Source: Anthoceros angustus
Taxonomy: Eukaryota > Plantae > Anthocerotophyta
Assembly: GCA_010909165.1 (NCBI GenBank)
Contig: VJWM01000103.1
Coordinates: 186,001-250,000 of the forward strand
DNA length: 64,000 nt
Reading direction: 5' to 3'
The notes beneath the pieces are model-generated. The model made no database searches. It was not told the DNA's origin and saw only the letters and a program-made list of their open reading frames with translations. How positions within the stretch are numbered: the first letter of the stretch is position 1; each line of letters opens with the position of its first letter. Below are positions 37,805-50,158 of this stretch, one piece after another. Made by a program: the position numbers and the translations under genes.

Positions 37805-39571
37805 ACAGTGCCGGTGAGCACGCGTGTACATAATACATAGCAATCAGCTAGCTAGCTTTTTACTCCTGAGTTTCAGGTGTTTCCTTACCCTTGTCACTAC
37901 ATAGCTTGTCGCTTATCCTGCGCGTATGTAATTCCTTTTTTTAATTGATCCCTATCATCGACCTGAAGCAATGTGACTCCTGCCGTAATTACTGGCACGC
38001 CGAGTTCTCTCGACGCCTTGGCCACAGGGCGAAGGATGTGGTGCATCGAGTGCCCTTATTGACGCCAATGCCCAGCAAGGCCTCGGTCGAGAGGCGCTTC
38101 CTCTGACTGTGTTCGGAGTCTGCTCGCCTTTTAGAAAAACCCAGGCAGCATGTCACACTCCGCTTGTGGTTTACAGTCCTTCCCGTTCCCCCGCCTCTGT
38201 GGTGAATTTTGTGCATGTGATGCGGGGACGGGGAAAAGAAATGATCCCTGCCCGCGTGAGCAGATTGGCGAGAGACGACGGCTTGGATGATGGATCCCCT
38301 TGGGCCTGATGGACCCCGAAGGAACCGTATGCTTCATCGATCCCAACTGGCTCTGGCTCTGGCTCTGGCTATAGCTCTAGCTCGTGTACGACGAGATAAT
38401 CAAGGGCAGGGCCATCCAGAACAGAAAAAGGTATTGAGCTTATTTAGGACGCCTCCCAAAATGGTTGGTTAACCCAGAATGGCACCCCGTTTCTCTGGGT
38501 GTTTTGTTGTGAGTAATTTAAAACGAACGGCAAGAACTTGTAATAAGAGTTTGCATTTTCAAATGGCAATACGCTAGAGCTTGTGAAAAATTGATCGCGA
38601 GACACCAATTGTGGCATTATCGTTAGTTTCATCTTGCATGACTCAATGCTCAGCTAGCTAGCCAGGCAATGGCAACGATGGGCCGCTGATGTAGAAGAAG
38701 AAGTATATTACAATACTGTCCACCTGGATGGAATTTTCGTAGCATGGTATCGCAGTAGCAGTAGCAGCCCTAAAATTCAATATCGGTTTACATATATATG
38801 CCTTCGCCCCACGTAATGGCAGGCCACTTGCAGAAACAATGGTAGAGAAACAGTCGGCCACCGTCCACAAGCAGGTGTGCGGAGGAGCTTATTAGCACGG
38901 TTGGAAGGGAAAATAGGAGGCGACCACGGTGCCAGCTGCCCGCGCGCGTGCTGCCTGTCTCGTGGCTGTGGCCGCCTAATTCTGGCTTTTTCCGCAGATG
39001 GAATTTGTGGGGAAGCCGCCCGCCACGAGGACAGGGCCGTGACGTGGGCGCAGGCAGCGCCAGCTGGAGCCAGCCAGGGCCCGCTTCGTCGAGACCCGTC
39101 CGCGCCATCATGGCGCAGGCTCCGCCACGATGGACGATCCGCGCCCGCCCCCTCCGCCCTAGTCAACAGCGGGTGCTCCCGCACATGGCCCCACGGGCCG
39201 CGCATTCTGTGATTTGCGTTTATACATAGATATCGCGAGCTACTGGCGAGGGTTGCTATATGCATCTCAGATTCCGCCTAGCATCTGGAGATGTGCTCCC
39301 AGTGCCGCTTGCGCTACTCCGCTCCATCTTTCACCAGTGTCACTCGCTGCTTGCATGTTCCACGGGGCCCGCCCCCTTCCTCGCCTGCCACTATTTGTTG
39401 CGGCCTGCCGATCCTCTGGGCAGTGCAGCGCTGCTCGCTCCCGGTCACGGCGCCCTGGCCCGGTCCCGGTCCCGGTCCTGTGCCTCTGCCTCTGCCTGTC
39501 CACTCCGGACCCGCGGGTCGTGTCGCTGCTGCAGTGATGTGAGCCGGCCGTGCTCGCCTTGTCTTAATGGG

Positions 39572-42402
39572 CTGCGGGTGCTAGGCTCGTCGGGTTGTGG
39601 GCGCTGGGCTTGCTGGGCTGTGGGCGCTGGGCTTGCTGGGCTGTGGGCGCTGGGCTCGCTGGGCTGTGGGCGCTAGGCTCGCTGGGCCGTGGGCGCTAGG
39701 CTCGCTGGGCCGTGGGCGCTAGGCTTGCTGGACTTGCTGGGTTGTGGGCGCTAGGGAGCAGGGAGACGAAGCTGAGCGCGAGCCCACCAAGGCGTTTGGG
39801 ATGCGCCGAAATCTTGCCGCCCTACCGGAGCTGCTGCGCAGGCGGGACTGCGCGCTGGGGGAGGAGGAGGAAGCGGGGAATCGGGTGTTCCGGCGCCGGC
39901 GGCAGATGGTGGAGGGGTTCCGGGATGCGGAGCCGGAATGAATGAGGGAGCGGCCTTGGAGCTGAGGCATGTGATGGAGATGGAGGGGTATGCAGGCAGG
40001 GAGAGGGAAAGGGAGGTGGTGGAGGAGGAAAGAGGGGACGGGAGGCGGGCTGCGCCGGCGTATCTGCACCTGGACATACCGGGGGCCATGGCAGCGGCAG
40101 GGGCAGTGTCGCCCCTCGGCCAGGCCCGGCAGACGTGCAACAAGCAGTACGGCTTCTGCGGCATGTCGCTGGTGCATGCTTGGTTCGAGGTGAAGTTCTT
40201 CTACGTCAAGGTGGTGGCGAGCCACGCCGAGGGCTTCCCGGAGACCCTGACGATGCGGTATCTGCCGCGGACCATCGGCACGGAGCTGGAGGTGAACGGG
40301 GGGCGGATCCCGCCCTCGGAGCACACATGGATCCACCTGCGCCGGGACCGGATGGACCTGGACTGCGCCGAGGCCGAGGTCACGTACGTGAGCACGGACA
40401 ACGTGCGCACCAGCGGCTCCGTCGGGTTCCTCATTCTCGACGAGGACGAGCTGCTGCTGGAGGGGTTGCTGGAGTACTCGGAGGACGTGCCCCCTTCGGG
40501 CGAGCCGTCCCCGCTGCTGGAGTCGTTCGACAGCCCCAGCCCCCGGAGCCCGTCCAAGAGCGTGCGATTGGGGTGGAACATGGACCTGGCCTGCGCGCTG
40601 GGGCCTTCCGGCTGCAGCTTTGCCAGAAGCAAGCATGACTACTCCACCTCGGCGGTCACCCTGGCCCCGCCCTCCATGGAGACTTGCGTGGTGGGCAGAT
40701 ATCTCGGGTCCCCTCTCGTCCTCACGCACACCGTTAGCCTCACCACCCGGCGCAGGAACAGCATCCGGCGTGGAACCCTTGATGCCATCCCGGAAGGGGA
40801 GGTTCTGGAGAGGAACAGCTGCAGCTTGATTCTGGCCGACCAAGGTGCTCAGGTATGTATGTGGGTCTTGTTTCCTTTTTATGTTTCTGCTTCCTGTTTC
40901 CTTTGTGTGGCTTCTCGTGCCTGCTTCTTGAAGGGGTTGCATGCTCACCCCGCTTGTGAATGTCATGGCAACAGGGTAGAGAGCAGGGTGCTGCGGGTGC
41001 TAGGCTCGTCGGGTTGTGGGCGCTGGGCTTGCTGGGCTGTGGGCGCTGGGCTTGCTGGGCTGTGGGCGCTGGGCTCGCTGGGCTGTGGGCGCTGGGCTCG
41101 CTGGGGCCGTGGGCGCTAGGCTCGCTGGGGCCGTGGGCGCTGGGCTTGCTGGACTTGCTGGGTTGTGGGCGCTAGGGAGCAGGAGACGAAGCTGAGCGCG
41201 AGCCCACCAAGGCGTTTGGGATGCGCCGAAATCTTGCCGCCCTACCGGAGCTGCTGCGCAGGCGGGACTGCGCGCTGGGGAGGAGGAGGAAGCGGGGAAT
41301 CGGGTGTTCCGGCGCCGGCGGCAGATGGTGGAGGGTTCCGGGATGCGGAGCCGGAATGAATGAGGGCAGCCTTGGAGCTGAGGCATGTGATGGAGATGGA
41401 GGGTATGCAGGCAGGGAGAGGAAAGGGAGGTGGTGGAGGAGGAAGAGGGGACGGGAGGCGGGCTGCGCCGGCGTATCTGCACCTGGACATACCGGGGCCA
41501 TGGCAGCGGCAGGGGCAGTGTCGCCCTCGGCCAGGCCGGCAGACGTGCAACAAGCAGTACGGCTTCTGCGGCATGTCGCTGGTGCATGCTTGGTTCGAGG
41601 TGAAGTTCTTCTACGTCAAGGTGGTGGCGAGCCACGCCGAGGGCTTCCGGAGACCCTGACGATGCGGTATCTGCCGCGGACCATCGGCACGGAGCTGGAG
41701 GTGAACGGGGGCGGATCCCGCCCTCGGAGCACACATGGATCCACCTGCGCCGGGACCGGATGGACCTGGACTGCGCCGAGGCCGAGGTCACGTACGTGAG
41801 CACGGACAACGTGCGCACCAGCGGCTCCGTCGGGTTCCTCATTCTCGACGAGGACGAGCTGCTGCTGGAGGGTTGCTGGGTACTCGGAGGACGTGCCCCT
41901 TCGGGCGAGCCGTCCCCGCTGCTGGAGTCGTTCGACAGCCCCAGCCCCGGAGCCCGTCAAGAGCGTGCGATTGGGGTGGAACATGGACCTGGCCTGCGCG
42001 CTGGGGCCTTCCGGCTGCAGCTTTGCCAGAAGCAAGCATGACTACTCCACCTCGGCGGTCACCCTGGCCCCGCCCTCCATGGAGACTTGCGTGGTGGGCA
42101 GATATCTCGGGTCCCCTCTCGTCCTCACGCACACCGTTAGCCTCACCACCCGGCGCAGGAACAGCATCCGGCGTGGAACCCTTGATGCCATCCCGGAAGG
42201 GGAGGTTCTGGAGAGGAACAGCTGCAGCTTGATTCTGGCCGACCAAGGTGCTCAGGTATGTATGTGGGTCTTGTTTCCTTTTTATGTTTCTGCTTCCTGT
42301 TTCCTTTGTGTGGCTTCTCGTGCCTGCTTCTTGAAGGGGTTGCATGCTCACCCCGCTTGTGAATGTCATGGCAACAGGGTAGAGAGAGCAGGGGTGCTGC
42401 GG
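39572..42402 (+). repeat. ~1.4-kb tandem duplication (39572-40990, 40991-42396); second copy riddled with 1-nt homopolymer indels
   Basis: CTGCGG microhomology at 39572, 40991 and 42397; almost no substitutions between the copies. Confidence 0.95.
39585..39756 (+). repeat. G-rich 23-bp minisatellite (~6 copies) with G-quadruplex motifs
   Basis: Unit gcgctgggcttgctgggctgtgg; GGG tracts with 4-6-nt loops; repeated again at about 41005-41175. Confidence 0.85.
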
Positions 42403-42614
42403 AGTACGACGAAGACAAGGTGGCTGGGACCATGAACTACTACTCGCTGGATGGTTTTGACACAGAGGATGGCCACTTGTCGTGGTTCAACACGGGAGTC
42501 CGAGTTGGTGTGGGAATTGGTTTAGGAATGTGCATAGGCATTAGCTTGGGCGTCGGTCTCATCATTCGCTCTTATCAGGCAACAACCAGAACATTCAGGA
42601 GAAGATTTTTCTAG
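39938..42614 (+). CDS. At1g01500/At1g75180-family membrane-anchored protein (database name 'erythronate-4-phosphate dehydrogenase family'; function unknown)
   Basis: Intact exon 1 at 39938-40852 (WFEVKFFYVKV, LEVNGGRIP, LRRDR, TYVSTDNVR, SPLVLTHTVSL, TLDAIPEGE). Final exon to 42614 (EDGHLSWFNTGVRVGVGIGLGMCIGISLGVGLIIRSYQATTRTFRRRFF). The structure is confused by the duplication. Confidence 0.8.
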
Positions 42615-43804
42615 CTTCTTCCGCTCTTGCATTTTTCTAACTGACCACCACAAGACGGGGGTACAAGCCTGCAAGTACCTGGTTGAGTCTGAAACTGTTC
42701 TGACCTTAGAAATGACCTGCTTCCCACTTACATACCTGTAAGATTGTTATATTTGTCCTGCTTACTACTAGAATGACCTGCCGCCTATATTTCAAGGCTC
42801 AAGACCAGTCCTGCCTTGGCAAGCAAGGTGTCTAACCTAGTCTTCCCTACCCTCCGCCCTGCACACTTCTCTGCCAGTAGACCCTCTGTACAATCTGCAG
42901 ATCTCTGCTGTACACATGAACGTGTGAGGTATGTAGGAAGAGGTAGGTAGTTGCTTTGACTTCTTTGTGAACTTACACAGCCCATATATTCGAAGTTGGA
43001 TGGCTTAGGCAGCATTCGAGAGAGCTTGAGAGGCAGTCAAATCTGCAACATGTGCAAAGTTGTCAATTCCTAAATTTTGGGTGGAGGGGTACAGTCCTCC
43101 CCGTTTTGGTAAAGCTCAAGAAGTCCAGTAGTTGTTGGTTGCATCACACTGTCCGTTCTCGTTCGACCATGTGCAACAGCTGTATCAAAGTGGTGGCTGG
43201 GACATGCTTTTTCAAGTGGTGGAACCGAAATCCACGAGAATGGGCAAACATGCCACTGGGGGGTGCGAACTTATCAGTAATGGTGTTAAAATTGGCATAT
43301 TATTCAGCAGCAGAATCCCAAGTGGATGCGGCCACCGGATAAGCTACGCAGCCAATAGTCCTTCACACACAGACAGTCAACTTCGGGCACTTGGTCATGG
43401 AACGTGCATAACAGAGAGAGCTACACATGAACATACCAAGCAGTATACAGAACGTGCGGACAACGCAATCTATATATGTCTCGCAATATGTGCATGGACA
43501 ATACAGCTCAGGTGGCTGGGACCATGAACTTCCTCAGAAGAATACATCGAAGACTAATAATATTACATCACAAAGAGTAACCCGACCATCCACATGCCTT
43601 CCACAAACGCAGGTACCTACAAACAGTACAACGACCACACGGGAGAACACGGGAGTTTACAACACGTTATAGCGACTCCAATGACTGGACAATGTCGTGA
43701 AATTGTGAAGGCGAGATGAGCGCAGGAAGGATCTCAGCGCTAGAAACAGAAATCAGTCTTAGGTCCGTCCAGTATACAAGTTGACATGACCGGTAGACAG
43801 CCTA

Positions 43805-45972
43805 CTACGCAGCAGCCTCAATGTAGCCCTCTGTGGAAACATCCACGTAGCTGTTTGTTGCTTCATCGAATTTGAACCTAGAAAAAGTTGCCATCAACCT
43901 TTATTAAGCAACCCAATGTTACAGGGAGCATAAAAACGGGAGCCAAGAGACATCTCGCGTGTAAATAAGACATCGCATTACATTACAGGCAGTACTGAAG
44001 AAGAACTCACCAGTTTCCAGAGACTGCATTGCAGAAAAGACCCGAAACCACATCATAATAGTAACCCAGCTCACCATTGTAATAGTAGCTGCAGAACATG
44101 TCGGAGACACAGAAATGAGACTAAAAAGCCATTAAAGTGTCACAGATTTGGAGGTGGGCAGAAAGGACATTTCTCCAGCAACAAAAACTCTGATCAGACA
44201 TGCAGCTGACTGACTATGCTTCATCCAGGGACAGCCTGCTCAGCTGTCAAGTACTCACCCTGTAGACTCATCCAACACATAACCCGAACTTGCTGCCGCA
44301 GTGTCAGCTGCAGGAGAAGGCATGTCAGGAACTGACAGATGGTGGCATATACCTTACAGAGCTGCAACCTTCATGAAATTACTAACTTCCATCACTGTGT
44401 GCAGAGGAGAGTAAGAGCATCCTACATCCACCAGCAGTAGCTCCCAATTGACTTATGTCATTCGTCTCTGCAGCCATAGATGTCTCAGACTCTTGTGCCC
44501 TGATGTGTGCAGAAGGAGTCTCATTTTGTCCATCCTCGCTACCAAACATATCAAAACTGTCGTGGGCTTCTGTGGAGCTCACAACCGCTGTACTGCTGCT
44601 CTCAGCACCAGAAGCTCCTGTCCAAAAGCCAAATCTCTTAGAACGAATCTTCAGCTCACTGTGATCAGACCCAGAAAACACTTGCAAGCTCATTCGAAGA
44701 ACAAAAAGTAAAACTCACCAGCACCAAGCAGAAACGTTTCTCGCGTCTGACTGTAGACATCTGCCAAGCAATCAAACCATCCTGAGCAGCAGTTATCTCT
44801 TTCAACAAAGGATGAAGCTCTCATGGAAGACAAGTTATGCACTCACCCATGTCACCATCGTCCAGTAATCTCATTGCATCTTCAGTGAGGCCGTCGAACA
44901 CAACCTTGGTGGAGGCTGGCATACGCCCATTGCGCTGCCCGTCTTTAGAAGACCCCTTCAGCCTCCTCAAGGCATGGAGAACCTTGTTTAAAATAATAAT
45001 CGGACTTCAGCAGGTTAGTCTCACTGAATATTCAACCAGCCGGAAGAACAAGAAGAGCTACGAAGTGCAGATGGCCACTCACTATGACCATCTGTTTATG
45101 AAATGCTGGACAAGAAGATGTGCACCGTTTCTCCTGGCTGGAGGACATCTGCGATTCGGCGCTTGATTTCCCTAGTCTCCTTCAGCGACAATTCTCTGAC
45201 GACAACCTCTTCTTCCTCTGGCTGAGCACTATTGCTCCTCACAGCAGTAGTTGCCTCCACACTGTCAAGCCAAGCATCCTGCCAGCAGCTAACTTCCAGT
45301 AATAAAACATCCAAGCACAGAGCATCAGTCAGAACTAAAGCCGCGGCAGAATGTTCAACAATCCCCACCTTCAGATCATTGTCAACCCGATACTCAACAT
45401 AATTGCCCTCCGCATCGAAATATCCCTCCTCCCGCTCTTGCTTCAGGTTAAATGGTTCAATCCTAACGCCATCATCCTCCTCCTCTTCTACTGCCTGCTG
45501 AGCAATTTCACGTCAGGTACCATAACCAGGCCACCGTACCAGCACTTGATGGCTGAATTCTGAAGAAGCATATGAAGTCACCTCATAGTCCTCTTCGGCG
45601 CCCACCAAGTCCTCAGCATCGTCCTCCGCGTTCCGCAGCTGCTCCGCCATAAGAGTGCGTTTCATAGCGCGCTCCTTGGCCGCAGCCCGAGGGTTGGTGG
45701 GCAGCATTGGTCCATCCTCTTCACCCTCGACATTTCCAAGTTTCCTGCCAGAGGCTTGCTCTGAAGCACCTTTCTTTCCTTTTGGAAATCGCGGCCTCTT
45801 CTGTCTGCAGGGAGAAGCTCTAACGAAGCTCAACCCGATCAATTAACCACTCAAAATACCCATACAGACGGCAGAAATTGAGCTCTACGTACCTTGGAGG
45901 TCCATCGTCGGTATCAGAAACAGACTGCGAGAAGCGCACCCGCTTGCGTGTGGCGTGTGGCAACACGTCCAT
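43805..45972 (-). CDS. CD2BP2/LIN1 (U5-52K)-like splicing factor with C-terminal OCRE domain
   Basis: Exons 45972-45893, 45804-45582 and further short exons. KRPRFPKGKK, IEPFNLKQEREEGYFDAEGNY, DAWLDS, LQPGETVLHALRRL, DMFG, GYVLDESTGYYYNGELGYYYD...WFKFDEAT. Confidence 0.85.
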
Positions 45973-46188
45973 GAACCTGGATGCTTGATCTCAGCCTGCG
46001 TGCTCGCGGGCGTGATGGGTCTACGATCACCTCGTTCAACCCTTCGCTGAGGATTTCTGGAAAACGACGCAATTCTATCCCTAGCAGTGCTTTCATAAAG
46101 TGGTACATACACAAGTAATTCTGCACAAAACAACACACGTGTGGGGTAGGATGAGTACCTATTAAATATGTATGGAGAGTGGAAGGCC

Positions 46189-48243
46189 CCGGTCACTATA
46201 GTTCGTCGGGGTTTAATGCGAGGTTGCCTTGATCTAGTGGGGCCCACCACTCAGTCTCTCTCCTCTCCGCTGCCACCGGCACGGCCTGCCGGTCTCAAGC
46301 GCCAAGAGGCTCATGTCATGCCTCATGTCATGAGCATGACCTCATGCTATGACCATGTCTGCTTGCGCATGGCATGCATGTCATACATAACCAGAGGCGA
46401 AACAAACCCTAAAATATGTTTCCATTTGAAATAGAAAGTAAGCATCATTTTTGGCGGGTTCACTTCACACTGAACTCGATTAAGCAATACCTCCGTGCAG
46501 CCCAATGTTCTGAACACCGAATTGTGACTTGCAATGGCAACTAAGATGGAGATTGAAGATCTTCCCTACGGTTGGGAGGTGCAAAAGCCGCCAGGTGGCT
46601 TGTTCAACATGCAACATCTCAAGTTTTCACCCACTGTTATAGCAAGACGGTATCAGGTTGCTTCTAAGGATTGTGTGCCCGCTATCTCTAGATTTGCCAT
46701 TATTCCATGGAACAGGGTGTCTGACTTGGTGGTAGGAGAAGGCAAGAATGTGCAGTTCCCCACATACTTTTGGAAGGAGACGGATAAGAAGCAAGTTGCC
46801 TCCAACAGCAGCCGTAAAACTAATGTTTGGGCTTATTTGTGCCACACGAAATACTGGTGTGCATTTGGGAAAGCTGATCTTCGTGATGATAATGCAGCAA
46901 AACAGGCTTCAAGCAGTGTAGGAAAACGGAAAGCCAAGATCTTGAGAGGTCAGAGTATCAAACATGGTTGCCAGTACCACTTTGATGTGAAGCAGCTTGC
47001 TATCAGCCTGGCGATTGTGTTTTGTGATTCATTTGAACATGTAGACCAATCTGGACAAATCTGCCACAGACTTCAATATACAGCAAAGCCTCGCTCAAGG
47101 TTTGCTCCCCGTTTAAGTGAGGACATCCATGCTGCTGTGAGGCAGCGTCTATTTGTTGGTGTAACAAAGAGGCTGATATACCTCGAGCATGTGGAGCAAG
47201 TAGAATTGAAAGCACAAACTAGTGATTATGAACCTTATCGCGATGATTTTTACAGCCACACGACATTAACAACATTGCCTCTCAATTGTTTGCGGGGTTC
47301 TATCAGTATCACCCCAACAATGAGATTAGTGTTGGTTTGTGGATAAAGGCTCACAAGGACCTTGTCGGTATCATTCATTTCCTCCCCTTAGTGATTGGCT
47401 TGCAAAAGCGATTTCCAGTTCCATGATTATGTAATTTGGGAATGGGAATGTCATATCCATGGGCCACGTTCGGGACCAACAAATACAAGTTTTCACTGTA
47501 CACACTTTTGGTGTTTGATAGTTACTATAACGGAGTGCCTGTTGCCTGGATTGTTACAGATAGTGGGACGATGATATTCGATCTTGGTTGCAAGCTTTCA
47601 AGGACCATATTGGTAAACCTTGCCGAGAATGGCAACCAAGTGCCTTTACGGTGAGCGATGCATTGCAGCCATTCACAATGTATGGGGCGTGACAGTTCCA
47701 GTGTTGTTATGCTTGTGGCATGTCAAAAAGTGCTGGTTACGATATTTGTTATTGAAGGTCCGGAACTGGGAAGTTCGGGTTGCAATCTTCCAACGCCTTG
47801 GTCACATTATGTACCTATCCCGGCGGTGGCAAACTGAAGATGAGGCCCACAAAATACTGCAACAAGTGTATGTAGATTTTGGAGACAACGCTCCGAGTTT
47901 CATTGAGTATTTCATTGAGTTTCATTGAGTATGTCAATTTAATTACCCTGTATCAAAATTCGGTTATGTCCAGCAAAAGATATGTACGATAACGTGCATC
48001 TCGTATACCAGGCCTCACTCCCGCGTGCTCTACAACTTTGGGTTCTTCGCCACTCACACGGGATGCGTCCCTGTTCTCATGTATGTGCCCATGTGTTACT
48101 TAGCAGTCCGTATGTTTCCATGTGTATGGTGCACACACTCGGCTCCATTCCCGGTCGCAAGTCACGGATGAGAGAGACAGATGGTAGGCCCCACCACATC
48201 AAGGCAACCAAGCATTAAACCCCTGACGAATTTTAGTGAGCGG
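46189..48243 (+). mobile_element. Mutator-like (MULE) element with ~70-bp TIRs and disrupted transposase
   Basis: Left cactatagttcgtcggggtttaatgcgaggttgccttgatctagtggggcccacca matches the reverse complement of 48170-48238. ORF 46534-47346 with YWCAFG, KHGCQYHFDVKQL, HVDQSGQICH; then ATFGTNKYK...VFDS...VPVAWIV and CLWHVKKCW (MULE CxxH); frameshifted. Confidence 0.8.
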
Positions 48244-48699
48244 AAGTTTTTGATAGAAGTTCAGAGACAATAATGGAGGAGACTTTATTGAGAAGAAGAG
48301 ATGGGAAAACCCATCTACCCTGAAAGGAGGACAATCCACTAAAGGGCTAATAGTCAAGAAGGCTAGCCCTCACTATTGCCAACCCCGAAGCTACCTACCG
48401 CCCCAATTATGTTGTGGTCCGAGATGAGAAAAGGCCTACCTACAATCGGTGCCGATGACACCATGTCTCCTGCGCTCGTTGCCTACTTGTAAATAGCGTT
48501 GGCGGCGCCCTCTGCGAACCTTGCGCCTGTATCAAAAAGCCACCACAGGAAAGAAACACGATAATTTTGCAAGGGGGAATATACAAACCACTCTTCTTCT
48601 GGGGTCGAACCCTCTTAACCAAATACTGCCCAGTTTGAAAATAGCCTTTTTACGTCAGTTCAAAACATCACCCCCATTCCTGAGGTACAAACACTTACA

Positions 48700-50158
48700 C
48701 ACCAAATGTTTACCAGTTGCCTCCACTATAATGACCCCTCAGTGCCGACTGGCCGGCGCCCTGAGGGGTCTATCACAACACTCAAGCCTTGTACTACATT
48801 GTGGGGAACTATTGGTGGACTTTCTATACCACAAAAAAAATGGACCTTTCACCGTCAATCCAATGTTTTGAGTCTGTCTACTTTAGAATGGAGGAATATG
48901 ACGGGGGCTACGTTGTGACTCATCCGGTGCCTGAGCGGACTACTGAATCCAACACCATTGCTAAATTACGCATTCGTTCCACCAACACAATAATTATGGA
49001 AGATCCCCTTCACAAAATTGACACAGTCCTTAACCAGGCTAGTGCAAGCAATGGAGAAGCCGCCTTGGTAGGTACCCTACCAATGTCCTGAGACAGCCCC
49101 AGCAAACTTTGCCTACCTTGGTGAGCTTTCCCAACTCCTATGCGTATAGGGGCCAAGGAACAGGCTTGCTTCTCAATACCAATACTCGGGATTGGGAGGA
49201 GCCCTTGTGGAGGAGGCGGGAGGCGCATCATGGGATTTCACACCCATACCACTGCTCCACACCCGTCATTGTTGTGCCGCTTTAAGGCGAGTTATGGATC
49301 TCACAACTCGACACGGCTTGTGAGTGCTTGCCTTTTCAACTCCTATCCCGATCCAGGACACTCGGTGGAGTTGCGTCACAGGCACACCTGACGGCCGATG
49401 CTGCATTTGCCCTTCCCGCTACACCACTGGTCTTATTGGTGGATGCGGGGAGAGAGCATGAGGCATGGGCGCCCATGAATGTTTTTTGACATCCACCGGT
49501 GGTGGTGGAGTCCATGGCGCATACAATCCGAGGGGCGGAGACAAGCCACCAGCACCTAAGCTCAAGCTATGTCTTGAGACTTTTCCATGGACCATGGGAC
49601 CCAAGCTTATGGACAACACTTGGTGTGTTACATTGTGGGGAACTATTGGTGGACTTTCTATACCACAAAAATGGACCTTTCACCGTCAATCCAATGTTTT
49701 GAGTCTGTCTACTTTAGAATGGAGGAGCCCACTGTGGAGGAGCGGAGCGCATCATGGGATTTCACACCCATACCACGGCAGCAGGCCACCGCCCGGCATG
49801 CCGCTTTAGGCGAGTTATGGATCTCACAACTCGACACGGCTTGTGAGTGCTTGCTTTTCAACTCCTATCCCGATCCAGGACACTCGGTGGAGTTGCGCGC
49901 CCTGGGCACACCTGACGGCCGATGCTGCATTTGCCCTTCCCAGCTACACCACTGGTCTTATTGGTGGATCACGGGGAGAGAGCATGAGGCATGGGCGCCA
50001 TGAATGTTTTGAGTCACATCCGGTGGTGGCTGGAGTCCGATGGCGCATACAATCCCGAGGGCGGAGACAAGCCACCAGCACCTAAGCTCAAGCTATGTGC
50101 TGAGACTTTTCCATGGACCATGGGACCCAAGCTTAGCGCTGGACAACACTTGGTGTGT
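48700..50158 (+). mobile_element. Rearranged 3' MULE-like transposase fragments fused to the start of a gypsy RT, tandemly duplicated
   Basis: Units 48795-49628 and 49629-50158 joined at TACATTG; the second lacks ~300 bp. LPVAS...YHNT...LVDFL words resemble the continuation of the transposase. Confidence 0.5.

Noticed and set aside
39719-40966. 415-aa minus-strand ORF and other overlapping ORFs
   Set aside because: Shadow frames of a very GC-rich exon.
43805-44100. OCRE instead of GYF domain on the CD2BP2-like protein as a novelty
   Set aside because: As I recall, this architecture is standard for plant homologues.
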